Made by a program: the position numbers and the translations under genes. Below, in pieces: positions 57,874 to 64,000 of a stretch of DNA of 64,000 nt. The stretch covers positions 124,001 through 188,000 of the IMG/VR virus record IMGVR_UViG_3300035145_003993; one strand, 5' to 3'. Below the pieces are notes generated by a model. The model searched no databases. It was not told the DNA's origin and saw nothing but the letters and a program-made list of their open reading frames with translations. Each line of letters starts with the position of its first letter. Position 1 is the first letter of the stretch.

Positions 57874-58638
57874 TTATCCTTCACTTTTTTGATTATTTAA
57901 TGGCTTTTCAAAGTGATAAAAAGCTCCTCCTGTGTGACCGTCGTGAATTAGAGTTGCAAAACACCTTGCAACAGGACCACCTAATTTATCCTTAAGTTTT
58001 TTATAAAAAGGATGATTTTTAATTTCTTTTGGAATTCTCCACGAAGAAGATGTAGAATATCCTGTATCATATTTAATAAAGTCAAACCCTGTATCTGTAC
58101 CTAGCTTAATAAAATTTTCATGAACTGGAAAGTTAACATGTCCAATTTTATGTTCCTTTTCAGGTGAATGAAATTGTGTGTCTTGTGTATTCATTGGGAA
58201 TCCTAGTACCATTCTCCCACCAGGTCGAAGAACTCTATAAAGCTCTTTCATAATATATGGATAATTGTGGTCTTCAATATGTTCAAAAACTTCTGACGAA
58301 ACCATGATATCAAACATTTCGTCACTATATGGGAGTCCTGTTGTGATATCATGTTGCTTTAATTGAAATTTGTTACTTTGCTTAGACCAAGCCATATCGA
58401 TATATTTTTGTTGATAGTCAATACCATAATACTCAGTAAAAACAAAAAGACTTTTCATAAATGTCCAGAGTCTACCATTATAACATCCAATATCAAGAAG
58501 TTTTGGCTGATTTTTTCCATCATATCCATTTGAAGAGCACCACTTACGAACAGCTTCAACTAAATAATTTTGAGAAAAAACAATAAATTGACAATCAATT
58601 AAAGTTTGTGGGTGAGACTTTTTTTGTATCGCAGCCAT
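57874..58638 (-). CDS. Class I SAM-dependent methyltransferase
   Basis: LLDIGCYNG, FDIMVSSEVFEH, RVLRPGG. Confidence 0.88.
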   Translation of the reverse strand: MAAIQKKSHPQTLIDCQFIVFSQNYLVEAVRKWCSSNGYDGKNQPKLLDIGCYNGRLWTFMKSLFVFTEYYGIDYQQKYIDMAWSKQSNKFQLKQHDITTGLPYSDEMFDIMVSSEVFEHIEDHNYPYIMKELYRVLRPGGRMVLGFPMNTQDTQFHSPEKEHKIGHVNFPVHENFIKLGTDTGFDFIKYDTGYSTSSSWRIPKEIKNHPFYKKLKDKLGGPVARCFATLIHDGHTGGAFYHFEKPLNNQKSEG

Positions 58639-58688
58639 ATGGTTACATACCTTTCTTATTTTTTATAATTTTATTAATTTGTTTTATT

Positions 58689-58717
58689 ATTATATTAATA
58701 TTAGTTTTATTTTACAC
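58689..58717 (-). promoter_or_regulatory. Phage promoter GTGTAAA-N16-TATAAT
   Basis: Exact consensus, upstream of the methyltransferase-thyX operon. Confidence 0.75.
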
Positions 58718-58723
58718 TAAAAA

Positions 58724-59506
58724 TTAATCAATATTGTAATATAATTTTTCTGCCCAAGGTATAACATCCCATTTTTTTGCTGAAATGTTGTGGTGTCCTA
58801 CAATACTATATTTAGAAGCTTCTTTCACAGACATTACATCTAAACTTTCACAAACTGGTTTGTCTGTGAGATTAGTTGCTTCTCTTAATGATTGTAAAAA
58901 TTGTTTGCAAACATCTGCAAAATCGTCACCAATCATTACTAATTTTCTTCCTTTTACTCTATTATCTGGTATTTTACAAACTTGAAGTGATGCATCTGGG
59001 TACCAATTTTTAGTTTTTTCCCAATATTTTTCATCTGGATGCATGCAAATATCAATACCAATAGAGTATTTATTAAATTTTCCTGCATGATAAGCAGCTA
59101 AACCTGTATCTAAGCATTGTAAAATTTCATATTCACCTGTTTTATGATTTCTTCCAATTAAAAAATGTGAAGAAACGTGTCTTCCTCTTGCAAGATTAAA
59201 AACATTATAACAGTGTCTAGAATTTAATCCTCCCCAATGTACACAAATAGATGTAGGATCAGATTTTCTTTTATACCAATTTTTTGTACCATCATCAAGT
59301 TCGTATAAAGGCGCAGACCAATCAATTTCTAAAGGAGAATCAATTGGAACGACTTTTCCCATATGCATTATGATAGGCATCCCATAATATTGTCTAACTG
59401 CTCTATGAGTTGCTGGTCCATATATACCATCTGCTTTAACACCTACTTCTTGTTGAAGTGATATTACATATTCTTTGTTTTTATTTAAAGTACTAAACTG
59501 TTCCAT
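58724..59506 (-). CDS. Endolysin: PG-binding domain plus N-acetylmuramoyl-L-alanine amidase (type 2)
   Basis: LQQEVGVKADGIYGPAT; VHW, SSHFLI, YHAG, SIGIDI, GHHN...D. Confidence 0.88.
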   Translation of the reverse strand: MEQFSTLNKNKEYVISLQQEVGVKADGIYGPATHRAVRQYYGMPIIMHMGKVVPIDSPLEIDWSAPLYELDDGTKNWYKRKSDPTSICVHWGGLNSRHCYNVFNLARGRHVSSHFLIGRNHKTGEYEILQCLDTGLAAYHAGKFNKYSIGIDICMHPDEKYWEKTKNWYPDASLQVCKIPDNRVKGRKLVMIGDDFADVCKQFLQSLREATNLTDKPVCESLDVMSVKEASKYSIVGHHNISAKKWDVIPWAEKLYYNID

Positions 59507-59928
59507 TATCTATTATTACCTTCAATTCTATCTTTAATTCTATCTTTAATTATTTCTTCCTTGTTAGGATAAGATTTTATAACTATTTTAAGACATTTTT
59601 CTGTTAATTTTATTAAAGATTTTACATCATCATCAGTTATAGGTTCATTTTTATTTTTTTTAAAACTTTTTTTAAGTTTAAAAAGACTTTCATCATCTGT
59701 AGACATTTCTAAATATTCTAAATAAGAATTAATATTTAACAATAATGAATTAATCATTCTGTCTGCAGATTCTGGTGTTTTTAAACTTAGTTTAACAAAT
59801 CCTATAGCTTCATCATAGTCTAAATCCATCTGCTTTTCACTAATTTCTGTAATGATTTCTTTATTTGGCAAATTTTCATCTAGTAGAAATTGTCTCCATT
59901 GATTAAACATTTCGTATATATTTTTCAT
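59506..59928 (-). CDS. Hypothetical protein with leader
   Basis: MKNIYEMFNQWRQFLLDEN. Confidence 0.65.
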   Translation of the reverse strand: MKNIYEMFNQWRQFLLDENLPNKEIITEISEKQMDLDYDEAIGFVKLSLKTPESADRMINSLLLNINSYLEYLEMSTDDESLFKLKKSFKKNKNEPITDDDVKSLIKLTEKCLKIVIKSYPNKEEIIKDRIKDRIEGNNR

Positions 59929-59939
59929 AAATAATCCTT

Positions 59940-60926
59940 TTAATAATCTAAATTTTCTTCGTAATCATCATATTCATCAGAATCACCAAATTCAGTAAAT
60001 GCAGTTGCTGTATTTAAAACATATTTTCCTAAGACATTTTGTAAGTCTTCTGTTCCAACTTCATTTTTTGCTCTATTTATCATATCCTCATTGATATTAC
60101 TACCGTCGAGAGCGCCACAAATTTTCAAAGATCCAAGAGCTGTCATTAGATTTATTATTTCGTCACTTGCATTTTGAGTTCTTAGAAAATTAATTTTTTC
60201 TTGAACGCTATCTTTAATTCTTTTCTTTTCAGAAGGTTTTACATTATAGACACCTCCTTGAGAAAATAAATCGTTTTCATCTTCAGACTGCTCTAAATTT
60301 AGTGGCTGTCTAAAGAAACTAATAACATCATCATTTTTTCCTGAAATGACATTTTGACTCCACTCTTCTAGGCTATCAAATTTATTAATACCTAAATCAC
60401 CTTCAATATCATCTTTATTTAAGCTCAATTCTTCATAGACATCATCTGATAAGTTTAAAGAATTTGACAGTAATTCTTGAAATAAAAGAACTAAAGGATT
60501 TTCTTGATTTTCTTGATTTATAGGATTAGAATCGATTCCAAAAACAGATTTAATAGCAGATAATTCTTTGTCTGTAAGTTGTTTAAAATCATTATTATTA
60601 ATCCTTCTAGTAAAAGAATCTTTAACGCTATTAGGAATACTATTAGGATTGCCAATCTCTTTTGCTGTGTTTACTATAGCTGTTTCTTCGTTAGGTTTTA
60701 ATTTAGTATTTTTCCCTATTTGAGTTCCTAAAATACCTGTTGTTCCTATTGCTAATATTAATATTTTTTCTAATGGTGTTGTATTAGAAACGAATTTTTT
60801 TATATTTTTTAAAAAATTTTCGTCTATTCTATTATTTTTATTTAAAATACTTTCAAATATATAGTCTATTTCATCGTAGTAAAATATTTGATTTTTAATA
60901 TAACTTTCTAATAATTGATTTGTCAT
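59940..60926 (-). CDS. Hypothetical protein with leader and one hydrophobic helix
   Basis: MTNQLLESYIKNQI; ILILAIGTTGILG. Confidence 0.7.
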   Translation of the reverse strand: MTNQLLESYIKNQIFYYDEIDYIFESILNKNNRIDENFLKNIKKFVSNTTPLEKILILAIGTTGILGTQIGKNTKLKPNEETAIVNTAKEIGNPNSIPNSVKDSFTRRINNNDFKQLTDKELSAIKSVFGIDSNPINQENQENPLVLLFQELLSNSLNLSDDVYEELSLNKDDIEGDLGINKFDSLEEWSQNVISGKNDDVISFFRQPLNLEQSEDENDLFSQGGVYNVKPSEKKRIKDSVQEKINFLRTQNASDEIINLMTALGSLKICGALDGSNINEDMINRAKNEVGTEDLQNVLGKYVLNTATAFTEFGDSDEYDDYEENLDY

Positions 60927-60959
60927 ATAATATTCTTTCTATTAAATTTATAATAAATA

Positions 60960-61565
60960 TTATTCTAAATCAAAACTTACAGAAACTTTTCCTTTTAATC
61001 GTGGTATTCTTAATTGCTGGACTATATTGTGTTCTTTTGCCTCTTCAGCTTCTAAAAACCAATCTGCGTGACCTTTGTCATGAATTAAGTTTAAGAAATA
61101 ATCATCCGGCTTTCCACAATTTCGTGCCATCATAGTATATAATTTTTTATTTAATCGTTCAGACTCGCGTGCATCAGCTTTAAGTTCTTCAACTTTACCA
61201 AAAGCCATTGAAGAAACATCATGAATCATTAGTACAGAATCTTTGTCCATAAATCGTAAACCTTCGTCACCAAAAGAAGCTAATAAAGCTCCACATGACA
61301 TTGCTTTTCCTTTAACAATAGTTGCTACAGGAATTGTTGATGATTTAATTGTAGCTATCATTGATAATAGTGAATAAGCTTGACCTCCAAATGAATCAAT
61401 AACAATAGGTATAATTTTTTGCCCAGTATTTTGAGCAGCACTAACGAGAGTTGAAAATTCGCTAGCAGACTCTTCAGTAAATTCATTTACAGTTATAACT
61501 ACAGGATCGTTTCTTAGCTCAAGATCCTTGATTAGTGGAGATATCTCAGCAACAAAATTAATCAT
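60960..61565 (-). CDS. clpP: ClpP-family protease
   Basis: IDSFGG, AMSCG (catalytic Ser), LMIHD, DWFLEAEEA. Confidence 0.88.
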   Translation of the reverse strand: MINFVAEISPLIKDLELRNDPVVITVNEFTEESASEFSTLVSAAQNTGQKIIPIVIDSFGGQAYSLLSMIATIKSSTIPVATIVKGKAMSCGALLASFGDEGLRFMDKDSVLMIHDVSSMAFGKVEELKADARESERLNKKLYTMMARNCGKPDDYFLNLIHDKGHADWFLEAEEAKEHNIVQQLRIPRLKGKVSVSFDLE

Positions 61566-61809
61566 TTAACATTCCTCTCAAAGAATCAATTGTCATTAAT
61601 CCAACTTTTCTTGACACTTCTTTGTCATCAACTACCTTAATAAATGTAGGAACATTCATAACATGATATTTACATGACTTAACAGTATCTTCAGATATAT
61701 CAATAATCTCAATTGATAATTCGTTTTTAATATTTTCTGTTAGTCTATTTTTCATTTGCTTACACGGCCCACACCAAGGAGCACTAAAAAATAAAATTTT
61801 TGTATTCAT
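61558..61809 (-). CDS. trxA: Thioredoxin
   Basis: WCGPC, VPTF. Confidence 0.92.
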   Translation of the reverse strand: MNTKILFFSAPWCGPCKQMKNRLTENIKNELSIEIIDISEDTVKSCKYHVMNVPTFIKVVDDKEVSRKVGLMTIDSLRGMLND

Positions 61810-61866
61810 AAACCACCTTTTTAATTTTTATATATTATATTAATAAAAAGTTTTTTTTATTAATTA

Positions 61867-62832
61867 TTAAGCTATATTTTCCCAACCCCAACTGTCACCA
61901 CTCATACCATCAGCATTATAGTCTGTAACAGTTCCTTCGAAGAAGTTTTTAAAACTGTCACCATTAATAATCCAGTCTAACCAATCTAGCGGATTATGTT
62001 TGACTTTAAAATTAGGCTTTAAACCTAACTGAATTAAGCGACGGTCTGCAAGATATCTGATGTATTGCTTAACCTCTTCTTTGTCTAATCCTTCAATATG
62101 ACCCATTTCATAAGCTAAATCAATAACTTTGTCTTCTAATTTTACAGCTTGACGATACATTTTATAAATTGATTTTTTAAATTCGTCATTTACAATTCGT
62201 GGATGTTCTTTTACAAACTCTCTAAATAGATGAGTCATGCCTTGAACGTGCATCGTCTCGTCGCGGATAGACCATTCAACGATTTCACACATTCCTTTCA
62301 TTTTTCCAAACCTTTGGTAATTTAATAACATTACAAATGCTGAAAATAGACTCATTCCTTCATTACACGCAGACTGCGCAAGAGCTAGTCCTAGTCCTTT
62401 TTTAGTACTTACATCGTTTTGTTGCATGAACTCAATTTTATCACTCATTTCTTTATATTCAAGAAACGCGCCATATTCTTCTTCAGACAATCCTAGTGTA
62501 TCGTTCAAGAGAGCATAGCTTCTTTGATGTGTGCCTTCACGATTTGCAAAACTTAATAGCATACTCCTAATTTCATTATTTTTAAACTTAGGAATAAACA
62601 GATCACAATAATTACCACCTACTTGCACATCACTTTGTGTAAATAGTCTAAGAATTTGTGTAATATGGTTTTTTTCTTCTAAAGATATTTTTCCACCTTT
62701 CCACTGATTGACATCTTCAGCTAACTTTGCTTCCCAACTTCCCCAGTGAATCTTTTCATGACTTTCTGCGATTTCCATTGCCCAAGCATACTTGAAGGGC
62801 TTATATGTTGTATTGTATTTTAGTAATGACAT
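61867..62832 (-). CDS. nrdB: Ribonucleotide reductase class Ia beta subunit
   Basis: FTQSD, EGTHQRSY, EGMSLFSAF, DETMH, YIRYLADRRL. Confidence 0.95.
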   Translation of the reverse strand: MSLLKYNTTYKPFKYAWAMEIAESHEKIHWGSWEAKLAEDVNQWKGGKISLEEKNHITQILRLFTQSDVQVGGNYCDLFIPKFKNNEIRSMLLSFANREGTHQRSYALLNDTLGLSEEEYGAFLEYKEMSDKIEFMQQNDVSTKKGLGLALAQSACNEGMSLFSAFVMLLNYQRFGKMKGMCEIVEWSIRDETMHVQGMTHLFREFVKEHPRIVNDEFKKSIYKMYRQAVKLEDKVIDLAYEMGHIEGLDKEEVKQYIRYLADRRLIQLGLKPNFKVKHNPLDWLDWIINGDSFKNFFEGTVTDYNADGMSGDSWGWENIA

Positions 62833-62865
62833 ACGTTTAACCTTTGTAAAAACCTTGTATAATAA

Positions 62866-63927
62866 TTATCCTTGACAGCTTAAACATTCATCAGGATCAG
62901 CGAAATCTTGTAACTTATCTTGCTTAACCTTCTGACTAACCTTTTCAGCTGAAGCTCCTGCGTTTGTCCTTAGATAATATAATCCTTTTAACTTCTTTTT
63001 CCAAGCTCTAATATGTACTGCATTAACATAAGATTTATCAGTACCAGCGGGAAAGAATAAATTAACACTTTGACCTTGGCAAATAAATTCTTGTCTATCA
63101 CCTGCGTGATCTATAATCCATCTTTGATCTAATTCAAATGCTGTTTTAAATACTTCTTTATGCCAATCTGACATGTATTCAAGGTGTTGAACAGATCCTT
63201 CTGCTAAGATAATAGATTTCCATTGTTCATTCATCCAAGATTCAATATCAATTTTTTCTACATTGTCAGCATACTCTCTTAAAACTTTTTCTAAGTGATG
63301 ATTTTTCACTAAATAAGAACCTACTCTTGTTCTATGTGTATATGCATTACTTTTCCAAGGTTCAATAGATGGTGAAGTCCCTGCAATAATAGAAGAATTA
63401 GCATTTGGAGCAATTGCTAATAGATGAGAATTCCTAACTCCGTAACCAGATCCATCAGGACATTCACCTTTTTTAATCGCCAACTCTTTTGTACGCTGTT
63501 TTGCTTTTTCTTTAATTAATGAGAATATATTAATATTTGTTGCTTTTGCAATCCCTGATTCAAACGGAATATTTTTTGATTGAAGATAGGAGTGAAATCC
63601 CATTGCACCTAAACCAAGTGATCTTTCTCTCATAGCGGAAAATTTTGCTTTGTGCAAATAGTCAGGAGCATTTTCAATAAAAAATTGTAGGACGTTATCT
63701 AAATACTCTATTAAATCTTCAACAATATTTGTGTCTTTCCATTCATCAAACTTTTCAACATTTAGTGAGCTTAAACAACATACTGCACTTCTTTCAGGAG
63801 ATGTTGCCAAATGGATCTCATTACAATTGTGAACGAGCATGTTATTTGCAAAAAAATTTTTATTGTCTTTAACAGTTATGTCAAAAACAGGTTCTTTTGT
63901 TTCTCTTTTAATTATTTTTAATCCCAT
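62866..63927 (-). CDS. nrdA: Ribonucleotide reductase alpha subunit, C-terminal part, preceded by a C-intein
   Basis: VHN|CNEI, VCCLSSLN, RSLGLG, AIAPNANSS, ICQGQS, GLYYLR, C-terminal CxxC. Confidence 0.93.
   Translation of the reverse strand: MGLKIIKRETKEPVFDITVKDNKNFFANNMLVHNCNEIHLATSPERSAVCCLSSLNVEKFDEWKDTNIVEDLIEYLDNVLQFFIENAPDYLHKAKFSAMRERSLGLGAMGFHSYLQSKNIPFESGIAKATNINIFSLIKEKAKQRTKELAIKKGECPDGSGYGVRNSHLLAIAPNANSSIIAGTSPSIEPWKSNAYTHRTRVGSYLVKNHHLEKVLREYADNVEKIDIESWMNEQWKSIILAEGSVQHLEYMSDWHKEVFKTAFELDQRWIIDHAGDRQEFICQGQSVNLFFPAGTDKSYVNAVHIRAWKKKLKGLYYLRTNAGASAEKVSQKVKQDKLQDFADPDECLSCQG
63826..63927 (-). mobile_element. Split intein C-fragment (34 aa) of NrdA
   Basis: VFDITVKDNKNFFANNMLVHN|C, with its own ATG after an upstream in-window stop. 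Confidence 0.88.
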
Positions 63928-63940
63928 ATTTTCTACCTTT

Positions 63941-64000
63941 TATCCATTCTTCACTGTTAAGTGCATCGATTTCTTTTTTGCTCATTTGTTTTGAAACTTT
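63941..64000 (-). CDS. 3' end of an upstream ORF (endonuclease or NrdA-N/IntN), truncated by the window
   Basis: ...KVSKQMSKKEIDALNSENG*. Confidence 0.5.

Noticed and set aside
2142-61135. Short opposite-strand or alternative-frame ORFs in the track (e.g. 2142, 4171, 7685, 15882, 16522, 27049, 29369, 37269, 37337, 47964, 60920)
   Set aside because: They lie fully inside well-supported genes and have shadow-ORF composition without motifs
1-64000. Stop-codon reassignment as the cause of the split genes
   Set aside because: Conserved enzymes are full length in the standard code, TGA ends genes at their expected C-termini, and the dnaE halves are separated by a whole gene
1-64000. CRISPR array, tRNA or rRNA genes
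   Set aside because: No regularly spaced repeats or cloverleaf-like GC stems were seen; intergenic gaps are short and AT-rich. tRNAscan-SE and a CRISPR finder would be decisive
1-64000. Eukaryotic giant virus (NCLDV) origin, suggested by AT-richness, Fpg/Nei and the DUF5824-like protein
   Set aside because: Shine-Dalgarno sites, overlapping operons, a sigma factor, DnaE, GroEL and a peptidoglycan amidase indicate a bacteriophage

Overview
This is a very AT-rich, gene-dense segment, mostly on the minus strand, from a large ('jumbo'-type) tailed bacteriophage using the standard bacterial code. Phage origin is inferred from gene content: DnaE, ATP-dependent ligase, 5'-3' exonuclease, class Ia RNR, a sigma-70-like factor, GroEL, ClpP, an endolysin, a MoxR/VWA pair and many small orphan genes. 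It carries extensive nucleotide metabolism (PurA, PurB, a GMP-reductase/IMPDH-family enzyme, dCMP deaminase, TK, a dTMP kinase fused to a TS-fold domain, two ThyX paralogues, an NDT-family enzyme, a dimeric dUTPase-like enzyme) and DNA repair (UvsE, Fpg/Nei, a photolyase-like protein, RadA-like ATPase). Main observations: (1) dnaE is fractured into two genes by a split intein with a free-standing Vsr-like endonuclease between them, and nrdA also begins with a separate C-intein. (2) The sigma factor lacks its region 4.2 HTH, and an HTH resembling it is encoded by the next overlapping ORF; about 13 copies of a GTGTAAA-N16-TATAAT promoter occur in the window. (3) About 17 unrelated proteins share an N-terminal 'LLENYIK..I/LxE'-type leader resembling a prohead-targeting propeptide. 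(4) A lipoprotein contains a nearly symmetric Ser/Thr-rich beta-hairpin of about 2x124 residues around an aerolysin/ETX-like tip. (5) A divergent ThyX paralogue is clustered with NDT, dUTPase-like, canonical ThyX and methyltransferase genes. (6) Several surface proteins hint at a Myxococcota-like host. No rRNA, tRNA or CRISPR array was recognised. All family assignments come from motif recognition by eye; no searches were run.
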